From contig OZ242010.1 in NCBI GenBank assembly GCA_965204745.1, positions 1,376,001-1,440,000 on the forward strand: DNA of 64,000 nucleotides. Reading direction: 5' to 3'. The position numbers were made by a program, and so were the translations under genes. Positions 38,020 to 47,326 of the stretch are shown piece after piece. The DNA comes from Candidatus Latescibacterota bacterium (GTDB taxonomy: Bacteria > Latescibacterota > UBA2968). Position 1 is the first letter of the stretch, and each line of letters opens with the position of its first letter. The notes beneath the pieces are model-generated. The model saw only the letters and a program-made list of their open reading frames with translations, ran no database searches and was not told where the DNA came from.

Positions 38020-39678
38020 ATGAAATCCTCAAAGCGCCGAAAAAAGGGAGCTCCCGGGAAGCGTCCCGACCGAATGGACGCCGCGCTAGATGTGTTGCTC
38101 CATCCGCAAACGCCCGCCGTGCCCGTGTGGAAGTATCTGGGGCCAGTGCTCGCGCTGGCGTTTGCGATGCGTGCGATCGTCGCCCTGTCCGGCGATTTCA
38201 CGCTACACCCCGATGAGATCATGCAATACTTGGAACCGGCGCATCGCTTGGCCTTCGGCAATGGCGTCGTCTATTGGGAGTTCTACTACGGCGTGCGTTC
38301 GTGGCTAACGCCCGGACTGGTCGCCGGGCTATTGACGCTATTCAACGCCTTTGGCCTCGGCGAACCGATCTGGTACGTGGGGGGTGTCAAACTGATGTTC
38401 TGCGCGTGCTCGCTGGCGATTCCGGCCGGGATGTATTTTTTTGCACGCCGGCACTTTGGGGAATCCGAGGCACGGGTCGCACTGCTGGCCGGCACTTTCT
38501 GGTACGAACTGGTCGGTTTTGCCCACAAGCCGATGACCGAGTTCACGGCCACCGCCATCTTGATGGCATTGCTCGCGCTGTGTATGAGACCATCCCCAGA
38601 CAGACCGAGAGTCGTCTCTCTGGTCGCCTTTCTGGCGGTGCTGGCGGCGGCGGTGCGGATCCAGTACGCCCCGATCTCGCTCGCGCTGTTCGGCCTGTTC
38701 TTTCTGCGTGCAGGGAAAGGCGCCAAGGTGCAACTCGTACTGGTTGCGACCGTGGTTTTCCTCGCGGTTGGCGTCTTCGACGCGATCTCTTGGAACTCCG
38801 AGTTGTTTCACTCGTTCCGCACCTATCTGCGTTTCAATTTTCTCGTCGACCGCACGGCTGAAGCAAGGCCGATGTACGATTATCTGTGGTGGTTGCTGGT
38901 CACCGGCGGGGGGTTGAGTGCCTCGTGCATCGCAATGGCGTTGCGCGATCTCCGCCGCTATGGATTTCTGCTCTTGCTTCTGGCCCTGGTCCTGATCACG
39001 CATTCCGCGAATGCACACAAGGACTACCGCTATGTCTTCGTTTTCATGCCTTTCTGGCTCCTGGTCGCGGCTGGCGTCGTGACGCGGCTCGCCGCAGGCA
39101 TGGGCAAGCCAATTCGAGCGTACGGATTGGCCGGGGCCGCGTTCTCTGCGGTTTCTCTCTCCGGAATCCTAAATGCGTTGCCATACCAGGCCGAGGTGTA
39201 CGCTTCAACCTGGGCATTTACCCTCCGATTCATCCATAAGCAGGACCCCGTCTTCAGCGCGTACCGCTATCTCGCCAATGTGCCAGGCGTTGTTGCAGTG
39301 TGGCATATTGACCGTTATTATCACGATACCCCCGGCTACTATTATCTCCACCGCGAGATACCATTCTACGACGCGCGTACCGGGCCTGCCCACAACCTGC
39401 ACGAGGACATGAAAACGCTCCGTGCCTCGGTCAGCCACCTCGTAACTGGATCCCCGAACCTCGTCGTTCCCGGCTACATGGTGGAGAGGGAATTCGGCGG
39501 CATCCGAATCCTGCGCCGCAAAGAAAACGAATCTCAGGTCCGCGGGTGGCAAAACTTCATCCCGACCGTTGCCGATAATTTTTATCCGCAATTCCTGCGC
39601 CGCATCTACGCCGACACGCCGCCCCCGCCGGCCAATTTCGGCATCCGCTTCGCAACATCTGAAGATGGACAAAATTAA
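38020..39678 (+). CDS. Alg9/PIG-B-like (GT22-like) membrane mannosyltransferase, type D
   Basis: HPDEIMQYLEPAHRLAFG...WEFYYGVRSW, HKDYRY. Confidence 0.8.
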   Translation: MKSSKRRKKGAPGKRPDRMDAALDVLLHPQTPAVPVWKYLGPVLALAFAMRAIVALSGDFTLHPDEIMQYLEPAHRLAFGNGVVYWEFYYGVRSWLTPGLVAGLLTLFNAFGLGEPIWYVGGVKLMFCACSLAIPAGMYFFARRHFGESEARVALLAGTFWYELVGFAHKPMTEFTATAILMALLALCMRPSPDRPRVVSLVAFLAVLAAAVRIQYAPISLALFGLFFLRAGKGAKVQLVLVATVVFLAVGVFDAISWNSELFHSFRTYLRFNFLVDRTAEARPMYDYLWWLLVTGGGLSASCIAMALRDLRRYGFLLLLLALVLITHSANAHKDYRYVFVFMPFWLLVAAGVVTRLAAGMGKPIRAYGLAGAAFSAVSLSGILNALPYQAEVYASTWAFTLRFIHKQDPVFSAYRYLANVPGVVAVWHIDRYYHDTPGYYYLHREIPFYDARTGPAHNLHEDMKTLRASVSHLVTGSPNLVVPGYMVEREFGGIRILRRKENESQVRGWQNFIPTVADNFYPQFLRRIYADTPPPPANFGIRFATSEDGQN

Positions 39679-39799
39679 AAAGCAATGACCGACAACACAG
39701 CGTAGCGAGTAAGAGACGGATCGGGATACAACGGACCGTTTTTTAACCTGAGACGCCTGGACGAGTAGGGGCAACAATTGGTGAATCAAAGAGGAAGCA

Positions 39800-41026
39800 A
39801 TGGGTAAGAAGAAAAAAAAGTCCGGAAAACGTTCCCGCCGGGCACAGTCCTCAAACCGCAAAGGTCTCCGTTCAGAACGCGCCCTTCGGAAGTCTCTGCT
39901 CGCTGGTGGCATTCTCTTGGCGATCATGGTCCGCTACCCCCTGTTGCCTTTTGAGTCGGGTGATTATCAATTCCACCTTAAGCCGTGGTACGACTTTATC
40001 GTTCAGCACGATCACTTTGCCGCGCTGAAGTACGATTTTGCCAACTACAATGTCCCGTATCTCTATCTCTTGGCGACGGTTGCGTATTTTCTTCCTGCTC
40101 TCCACTCACTTCTCGCCATCAAGAGCATCTCCATAATTTTCGATTTTGTCCTCGCCTTTTTCGTCTATCGATGCGTGCGTCTCAAATACCGCGACGAGGG
40201 GGCCATACCGATTCTGGCCGCGCTGACCGTACTATTGGCCCCCACGGTGGTCATCAATAGCGCGCTGTGGGGACAAGCGGACGCGATACATACCGCCTTC
40301 TTGGTCGCATGTCTGTATTACTTGCTCGCCGGACGCCAAGCCGCGGCGTTCATCGCCTTTGGGGTGGCGTTCAGTTTCAAGGCACAATCCGTTTTTTTTG
40401 GTCCGTTTTTACTGTGGTTGTCGGTAAAAAAGGAAGTGAATTGGCGTTGTATTTGGTTGATTCCCGCGGTGTACTTGGTCTCCATCTCGCCCGCTTGGTT
40501 TATCGGCAGACCCCTCGCTGATTTGCTCATGATCTACTTCGATCAAGCAATCTACTTCGATCAAGCAGGCGAGGTTCCGTTGCTCAGCAGGAACGCGCCC
40601 AATTTGTATCAATGGATTCCCAACGCCTATTACGACTTCTATCCGGTCGGCATCGCGTTCACCGCGATGGTCGCCTTGGGCATCGCCTATTTTGTCTCTA
40701 AGAGCCGGGTGAAGATCACCGCGGATCGCCTCGTTTTCCTGGCGAGCTTCTCTGTCCTGATCATGCCCTACCTTTTGCCCAAGATGCACGACCGGTACTT
40801 CTTCCCGGCTGACGTCATCGCCATCATTTTGGCTTTCTACTGCCCGCGTTACTGGTATGTGCCGGTGGTCATCGGCTCCGTGTCGGTCCTTGCGTACATG
40901 CCCTTTCTGTTCTACATAGCCATTCTCCCGCAGTGGCTACCGGCTGTGCTGTTGCTCCTCATCGCGGTTTTGGGGCGACAATTTCTGCTGATGTTTTCGG
41001 ACAAATCATCAACTCGTCACAGGTGA
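39800..41026 (+). CDS. GT-C glycosyltransferase paralogue A2
   Basis: Close paralogue of A1; 18-bp tandem duplication at 40532-40567 (IYFDQA x2). Confidence 0.8.
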   Translation: MGKKKKKSGKRSRRAQSSNRKGLRSERALRKSLLAGGILLAIMVRYPLLPFESGDYQFHLKPWYDFIVQHDHFAALKYDFANYNVPYLYLLATVAYFLPALHSLLAIKSISIIFDFVLAFFVYRCVRLKYRDEGAIPILAALTVLLAPTVVINSALWGQADAIHTAFLVACLYYLLAGRQAAAFIAFGVAFSFKAQSVFFGPFLLWLSVKKEVNWRCIWLIPAVYLVSISPAWFIGRPLADLLMIYFDQAIYFDQAGEVPLLSRNAPNLYQWIPNAYYDFYPVGIAFTAMVALGIAYFVSKSRVKITADRLVFLASFSVLIMPYLLPKMHDRYFFPADVIAIILAFYCPRYWYVPVVIGSVSVLAYMPFLFYIAILPQWLPAVLLLLIAVLGRQFLLMFSDKSSTRHR

Positions 41027-41036
41027 GATACAAGAC

Positions 41037-42734
41037 ATGAACGCGCCCAACCCCCATGTCGCCAAGTTCTACGCCCTGGCCACCGCAGGTGTGTTCCTGA
41101 TCGCCGCGTACCTGTGCTTGGTCAATCTCGACTATGTCGCGCTGTGGCACGACGAGGGGCATACGGCTATGCGCGCGAAAATTTTGTTGCAACAGGGCGA
41201 CATCATCGGGTGGGATGGGCGCAATTTGGTTGAGCACACCATGCTCAATGAGGACCTGCGGGGGGTATGGCCGCCGTTGATGTACGCGCTGACTGCGGTG
41301 GGGTTCGCCATCTTTGGGATTGACGAAATCGGCGCACGCATCGTCCACGCGCTCATCGGCATCGCCGCACTCGGGGTCTTCTATTTGTTGTTGCGCCAGC
41401 ACTTGCCGAATCACCCGCGCTCGGTGTTCTTCATCTTTGTATTCGCCGCTTGGTCCGCGCAGTTGCTGCTCTACTTCCGCCAGTCGCGCTACTTTTCGAT
41501 GAAGGTGCTCGCGCTACTACTGATCTTTTATCTGTACGAACGCTACTGGCAAAGCAAAAATCCGGCGTATCTCCCAATCGCTATGATAGTGGCCGCGCTA
41601 TCGTTTTTTAACCATTACGCCGGTGGCGCGGCGACGATGCTATCGGTGGCCGCATATCATATCCTCTCTCGCGGGCGTGCGACATCGCGGCGGGAGTGGG
41701 CACTGTTCGCGCTCTGTGGTGCGGGGGTCGTTGCAATGGGCATGGGCTACTTGGCGTGGCTCGGCGTCCTTGGGGGCGAGCGCAGCGGCTTTATGGATTT
41801 CGCGACCCAAGCCGCGCCGTATCGCGGAGACCTCTCGGCTCTTGCCCTGTTTCTTTGGAAGATGGGGGTGTATATCCGAGAGTTGTTCACCGCGGACTGG
41901 ATTTCATGGCCGGTGTGCCTGTGGTTCGCGGGGGTGATGTTGTTCGGGCGGGTGCGTAAAGGCAGATCGGCGCAGAGACCGAATCGACGCAGGCGCTCTC
42001 CTGCCCAGATGGCTGACGACGATTTTCCACGGGGCCCAGTGGGGAAGATCATCCTGATGGGCGCGTTGTTCGCGTTGTTTTCGGCGATGCTGTCCGGGCA
42101 ACCGATGTGGTTGAATCCGGTCGCGGACCTGCGCTATTACGTCGGCGCGTTGCCCTTGCTGTTGGCGATGAAGGGGTTGTTCGTAGAATGGGTTTGGCGC
42201 AAGCATGTCGTCGCAGGCGCGGCGGTGCTCTGCGCGTTGCTATTCTCCAGCATCGGCGCGGCGCCGTTCAACCTCAAAAATATTTTCACCGGCAAAGCCA
42301 CCCTCGGCATGCACTTGTTCCAATTCGTCCGCGAAGTGCATCGTCCGTACCGCGATCCCATCGCCGCGGTTTCCGACTACATGTTGCAGAACGCCGCAAA
42401 GGACGACTTGGTGTACGTGCCGAGTTACGCGGATCGCGAAGTGCTGATGTTCTACACAGGTGACCATGTGCAGTTCTGTTGCTACTTGGATGAGAATACG
42501 CCGCTACCAAGGGCAAAGATAGCGGCGTTGCAAGCCCCCTATCTTAAAGAGAACACGCCGGACTGGATCATCGGCGGGGTGGAATTGGAGCAGTTCGCTG
42601 CCCGCTATGAGGTCGTTGCCGAGTTGGATGTTTTCCCCTATCCCACGCAACGGCCGGAGTTAGGCATACACGCCTTTTCTCCGTTAGATGCCGGGCAAAG
42701 CGGCGCGGTTATCATGAGACGCTTGGACGAGTAG
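41037..42734 (+). CDS. GT-C glycosyltransferase paralogue B2
   Basis: Close paralogue of B1. Confidence 0.8.
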   Translation: MNAPNPHVAKFYALATAGVFLIAAYLCLVNLDYVALWHDEGHTAMRAKILLQQGDIIGWDGRNLVEHTMLNEDLRGVWPPLMYALTAVGFAIFGIDEIGARIVHALIGIAALGVFYLLLRQHLPNHPRSVFFIFVFAAWSAQLLLYFRQSRYFSMKVLALLLIFYLYERYWQSKNPAYLPIAMIVAALSFFNHYAGGAATMLSVAAYHILSRGRATSRREWALFALCGAGVVAMGMGYLAWLGVLGGERSGFMDFATQAAPYRGDLSALALFLWKMGVYIRELFTADWISWPVCLWFAGVMLFGRVRKGRSAQRPNRRRRSPAQMADDDFPRGPVGKIILMGALFALFSAMLSGQPMWLNPVADLRYYVGALPLLLAMKGLFVEWVWRKHVVAGAAVLCALLFSSIGAAPFNLKNIFTGKATLGMHLFQFVREVHRPYRDPIAAVSDYMLQNAAKDDLVYVPSYADREVLMFYTGDHVQFCCYLDENTPLPRAKIAALQAPYLKENTPDWIIGGVELEQFAARYEVVAELDVFPYPTQRPELGIHAFSPLDAGQSGAVIMRRLDE

Positions 42735-42765
42735 GGGCAACAATTGGTGAATCAAAGAGGAAGCG

Positions 42766-44031
42766 ATGGGTAAGAAACAAAAAAAGTCCGGAAAACGTTC
42801 CCGCCGGGCACAGTCCTCAAATCGCAAAGGTCTCCGTTTAAGGCGAGACTATCGAAAGGCCCTGCTCGCTGTTGGCATTCTCTTGGCGATCATGGTCCGC
42901 TACCCACTGTTGCCTTTTAAGTCGTATGATTATATAGTCGCCCTGCGTCCGTGGTACGAGTTCATCGCCTCTAATGGCAACTTTGCCGCGCTGAAGTACG
43001 ATTTTTCCCACTACAATGTCCCGTATCTCTATCTCTTGGCGACGGTTGCGTATTTTTTTTTCGATCTCCACTCACTTCTCGCCATCAAGATCACCTCCAT
43101 AATTTTCGATTTTGTCCTCGCCTTTTTCGTCTATCGATGCGTGCGTCTCAAATACCGCCAACCGAACGAGGACGCCATACCGATTCTGGCCGCGCTGGTC
43201 GCGCTGTCGATGCCCACGGTGGTCATCAATAGCGCGCTGTGGGGACAAGCGGACGCGATATATACCGCCTTCTTGGTCGCATGTCTGTATTACTTGCTCG
43301 CCGGACGCCAAGCCGCGGCGTTCATCGCCTTTGGGGTGGCGTTCAGTTTCAAGGCACAATCCTTTTTTTTTGCTCCGTTTTTACTGTGGTTGTCGGTAAA
43401 AAAGAAAGTGAATTGGCGTTGTGTTTTGTCCCCAATGGTATACTTGATCTCCATCCTGCCCGCATGGTTCATCGGTAGACCCCTATACGATTTGCTCATG
43501 ATCTATCCCAATCAAATGGCTCATTACGAATATAAGAGACGCCTCAGTCTGAATGCACCCAATTTGTATCAATGGATTCCCAACGCCTATTACGACTTCT
43601 ATCCGGTCGGCATGGCGTTCACCGCGATAGTCGCCTTGGGCATCGCCTATTTCGTCTTTAAGAGCCGGGTGGAGATCACCGCGGATCGCCTCGTTTTCCT
43701 GGCGACCTTCTCTGTCCTGATCATGCCCTACCTTTTGCCCAAGATGCACGACCGGTACTTCTTCCCGGCTGACGTCATTGCCATCATTTTGGCTTTCTAC
43801 TGCCCGCGCTATTGGTATGTGCCGGTGGTCATCGGCTCCGTGTCGGCCCTTGCGTACATGCCCTATCTGTTCTACATATTCATTCTCCCGCAGTGGCTAC
43901 CGGCTGTGCTGTTGCTCCTCATCGCGGTTTTGGGGCGGCAATTTCTGCTGATGTTTCGGACAAACACCCACTGCGCGGACAGGCACGGGGGCATGGCCCC
44001 TACGACTGATGGAGGTAGGCGGAATGGCTGA
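42766..44031 (+). CDS. GT-C glycosyltransferase paralogue A3
   Basis: Close paralogue of A1/A2; C-terminus reads through a REP-like hairpin. Confidence 0.8.
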   Translation: MGKKQKKSGKRSRRAQSSNRKGLRLRRDYRKALLAVGILLAIMVRYPLLPFKSYDYIVALRPWYEFIASNGNFAALKYDFSHYNVPYLYLLATVAYFFFDLHSLLAIKITSIIFDFVLAFFVYRCVRLKYRQPNEDAIPILAALVALSMPTVVINSALWGQADAIYTAFLVACLYYLLAGRQAAAFIAFGVAFSFKAQSFFFAPFLLWLSVKKKVNWRCVLSPMVYLISILPAWFIGRPLYDLLMIYPNQMAHYEYKRRLSLNAPNLYQWIPNAYYDFYPVGMAFTAIVALGIAYFVFKSRVEITADRLVFLATFSVLIMPYLLPKMHDRYFFPADVIAIILAFYCPRYWYVPVVIGSVSALAYMPYLFYIFILPQWLPAVLLLLIAVLGRQFLLMFRTNTHCADRHGGMAPTTDGGRRNG

Positions 44032-45670
44032 GTATGGTGGTCCCACTGCGGAGGCGGTGACGAGAAGCCGCTCTGTTCAGAGTTGGCTGAAGCGTCTATT
44101 CCTGCCCGGCGATACCCACACCGAGAACGCGATTTTCCTCGGCCTGATACTCATTGGCACTGCGGTTCGCCTGACCTTGCTAGGCGACATCCCCGCGGGG
44201 TTACACCAAGACGAGGCCAGCACGGGCTACAACGCCTACGCGGTATTGGAATACGGCATCAGTCGGCACGGCTATCGCAACCCGGTTCATTTTATTGCTT
44301 GGGGAAGCGGACAGGACGCCCTATACGCGTATTTCTCGATGCCGTTCATCAAGGCTATGGGCTTGAACATCGTGTCCATCCGTCTCGCGCAGGCCCTGTT
44401 GGGCGTCGTCTCTCTGTTCGTAATGTACGCCATTGGTCGGCGTCTCGCAGATGGGCGATTCGCCCTGTTCGCTCTGTTTGTGCTGACCATCTCGCCATGG
44501 CATGTCATGATGAGCCGGTGGGGTTTGGAATGTAACTTGTTGCCGGCGATGTTACTGCTGAGCTTCGCCTTGTTGCTTCGGGGATTAGAGCACCCACGCT
44601 ACATAATCCCCTCGTTCTTCCTATTGTCGCTTTCTCTATACGCTTATGCCACGGCTTACTTCTTTGTGCCGTTGTTTACACTCGGGGTTCTCCTTATGGC
44701 GGTTAAGTGCCGTCTGGTGGACTTCAGGTACTATGGGATCGGTTTGGTCGTGATGGTTGTAACCGCGATTCCCATTGGTTTGGTCGTGGCGATCAATTTG
44801 TTCGACGCTCCGACCATAGAAACGCCGCTGTTTTCCATGCCGCGCTACACCGGCGGGGCGAGGTATCCCGGGCAAGCGGGGTTCAAGACGTATGTTTTCG
44901 AAGATATTTGGCGCAATGCCAAAGAACTTTTTTTTCTTTTTGTAGTACGGGGTCATGGCAGGTATGTTTACAATGCCCTGCCCGAGTTCGGATATTTCTA
45001 CCGCTGGGGCGGCTTTCTCGTCTCTCTGGTCGGTGCCTGTTTTCTGGTACGCGATACTGCAAAGGATCGCCGCCCCGAGAACCTGCTCGTGCTCCTGTGG
45101 CTGGTGGTCGCGCTCCTGACCTCAATGGCTGTGTATCCGAACATCAATCGATCTAACTGCATATTTCTTTCGCTACTCTTGTGCGCCGCCTACGGATTGT
45201 ACACCGCGCTTGGCGACGGGTACGGGTCAATGGCGAAAATCTTGGGCGTCATCGCGCTGGCGTATCTGACAATTTCATTTGCGGGCTTCACCAAGGCGTA
45301 CTTCGGCGACTACCGCTATCAAAAGATACCCTTTTTCGCTCCTTCTTATGGCGAGGCATTTGCACACATCGCACGCCATGCCGACGAGCGCGAAACCATC
45401 TACCTGACGGACCAAGAACGCCATACATTCGCGTTGTTCTATGCCCGCCCGGATCCCCGCGTGTATATGGAGACAGCGGATATTCCGAATCGAACAGCGC
45501 TATTTCAATTCCCCAAATCCTTTGACCGATACGTATTCGGCATTGACGCAGAGGCGCGGAAGAAGGGCGACGTATTCCTCATCGCCAACCGGAAATTGCA
45601 ATTTTTTTCCCCATCCGACTTCATCATCGTCAGGTTTCACCATTATAGCGCGGCGTACCGCCGTCGATAA
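44024..45670 (+). CDS. ArnT/GT39-like glycosyltransferase paralogue C1
   Basis: IPAGLHQDEA..GY, ISPWHVMMSRWGLE, LSLYAY; GGAGG RBS before ATG 44024. Confidence 0.8.
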   Translation: MAEYGGPTAEAVTRSRSVQSWLKRLFLPGDTHTENAIFLGLILIGTAVRLTLLGDIPAGLHQDEASTGYNAYAVLEYGISRHGYRNPVHFIAWGSGQDALYAYFSMPFIKAMGLNIVSIRLAQALLGVVSLFVMYAIGRRLADGRFALFALFVLTISPWHVMMSRWGLECNLLPAMLLLSFALLLRGLEHPRYIIPSFFLLSLSLYAYATAYFFVPLFTLGVLLMAVKCRLVDFRYYGIGLVVMVVTAIPIGLVVAINLFDAPTIETPLFSMPRYTGGARYPGQAGFKTYVFEDIWRNAKELFFLFVVRGHGRYVYNALPEFGYFYRWGGFLVSLVGACFLVRDTAKDRRPENLLVLLWLVVALLTSMAVYPNINRSNCIFLSLLLCAAYGLYTALGDGYGSMAKILGVIALAYLTISFAGFTKAYFGDYRYQKIPFFAPSYGEAFAHIARHADERETIYLTDQERHTFALFYARPDPRVYMETADIPNRTALFQFPKSFDRYVFGIDAEARKKGDVFLIANRKLQFFSPSDFIIVRFHHYSAAYRRR

Positions 45671-45675
45671 TACAT

Positions 45676-45701
45676 GGACAGGCACAGGGGCCTGTTCCTA
45701 C
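45676..45701 (-). repeat. GTAG-type REP-like hairpin (also about 43976-44003, 45866-45892, 49029-49054, 50512-50538)
   Basis: Minus strand GTAG followed by an imperfect GC-rich palindrome just after stop codons. Confidence 0.65.
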
Positions 45702-46000
45702 GACTGATAGGGGAAACCCCTGACCCCTTGAGAAGGATAGCGCGACCACCTTCTCCCCTCTTGCCTCTCCCGTCTCCCCTCTCACCGAAGGGGGGTTGGG
45801 CGGGGCGGACTGACCACTGCCCCCTTAAGAAGGATAGCGCGGTTGCCTTCTCCTCTTGTATCTTTGGGCGAGCACAGGGGCATCGCCCCTACACATATCG
45901 CTCACCTTTGAACTGGCTGTCGCTCAGTTGTACCCCGCTCGTGCCTTTTGTGGCCTCCCCTCTTGCCTCTCCCGTCTCCCCTCTCACCAAAGGGGGGTTG

Positions 46001-46071
46001 GGCGGGGTGGAATTGGAGCAGTTAGATGCCGGGCAAAGCGGCGCGGTTATCATGAGACGCTTGGACGAGTA
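46001..46071 (+). pseudogene. 3' remnant of a type-B glycosyltransferase gene
   Basis: GGVELEQ|LDAGQSGAVIMRRLDE* matches the B2 tail with an internal deletion. Confidence 0.75.
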
Positions 46072-46103
46072 GGGGCAACAATTGGTGAATCAAAGAGGAA
46101 GCG

Positions 46104-47321
46104 ATGGGTAAGAAGCAAAAAAAGTCCGGAAAACGTTCCCGCCGGGCACAACCCTCAAATCGCAAGGGTATCCGTTCAAGGCGAGACTATCGAAAGGCCC
46201 TGCTCGCTGTTGGCGTTCTCTTGGCGATCATGGTCCGCTACCCCCTGTTGCCTGTTGAGACGCATGATTATCAAGTCCACTTGAAGCCGTGGTACGACTT
46301 TATCGTTCAGCACGATCACTTTGCCGCGCTGAAGTACGATTTTGCCAACTACAATGTCCCGTATCTCTATCTCTTGGCGACGGTTGCGTATTTTTTTTCC
46401 GATCTCCACTCACTTCTCGCCATCAAGATCACCTCCATAATTTTCGATTTTGTCCTCGCCTTTTTCGTCTATCGATGCGTGCGTCTCAAATACCGCCAAC
46501 CGAACGAGGGGGCCATACCGATTCTAGCCGCGCTGACCGTGTTGTTGGCCCCCACGGTGGTTCTCAATAGCGCGCTGTGGGGACAAGCGGACGCGATACA
46601 TACCGCCTTCTTGGTCGCATGTCTGTATTACTTGCTCGCCGGACGCCAAGCCGCGGCGTTCATCGCCTTTGGGATGGCGTTCACCTTCAAATTGCAATCT
46701 GTTTTTTTTGGCCCGTTTTTACTGTGGTTGTTGGTGAAAAAGGAAGTGAATTGGCGTTATGTTTGGTTGAGTCCCGCGGTGTACGTGGTCTCCAGCTTGC
46801 CCGCTTGGTTTATCGGCAGACCCTTCGCGGATCTGCTCATGATCTACTTCGGTCAAGCAGACGTATTTCGGGATCTCTGTAGAAACGCGCCCAATTTGTA
46901 TCAATGGATTCCCAACGCCTATTACGATTTCTATCCGGTCGGTATGGCGTTCACCGCGATGGTCGCCTTGGGCATCGCCTATTTTGTCTCTAAGAGCCGG
47001 GTGAAGATCACCGCGGATCACCTCGTTTTCCTGGCGACCTTCTCTGTCCTGATCATGCCCTATTTTTTGCCCAAGATGCACGACAGGTACTTCTTCCCGG
47101 CTGACATCATCGCCATCATTTTGGCTTTCTACTGCCCGCGTTACTGGTATGTGCCGGTGGTCATAAGCTCCGTGTCGGTCCTTGCGTACATGCCCTATCT
47201 GTTCAACATATTCATTCTCCCGCAGTGGCAACCGGCTGTGCTGTTGCTCCTCATCGCGGTTTTGGGGCGGCAATTCCTGCTGATGTTTTCGGACGAACAT
47301 CGACTTGGACGCAGGGGGTGA
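46104..47321 (+). CDS. GT-C glycosyltransferase paralogue A4
   Basis: Close paralogue of A1-A3. Confidence 0.8.
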   Translation: MGKKQKKSGKRSRRAQPSNRKGIRSRRDYRKALLAVGVLLAIMVRYPLLPVETHDYQVHLKPWYDFIVQHDHFAALKYDFANYNVPYLYLLATVAYFFSDLHSLLAIKITSIIFDFVLAFFVYRCVRLKYRQPNEGAIPILAALTVLLAPTVVLNSALWGQADAIHTAFLVACLYYLLAGRQAAAFIAFGMAFTFKLQSVFFGPFLLWLLVKKEVNWRYVWLSPAVYVVSSLPAWFIGRPFADLLMIYFGQADVFRDLCRNAPNLYQWIPNAYYDFYPVGMAFTAMVALGIAYFVSKSRVKITADHLVFLATFSVLIMPYFLPKMHDRYFFPADIIAIILAFYCPRYWYVPVVISSVSVLAYMPYLFNIFILPQWQPAVLLLLIAVLGRQFLLMFSDEHRLGRRG

Positions 47322-47326
47322 CTGGC

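Noticed and set aside
35063-47321. Diversity-generating retroelement behind the hypervariable patches (e.g. AAT/GGT/TAT/CAT codon)
   Set aside because: Variation includes non-adenine changes and indels, and no reverse transcriptase or non-coding template repeat is present
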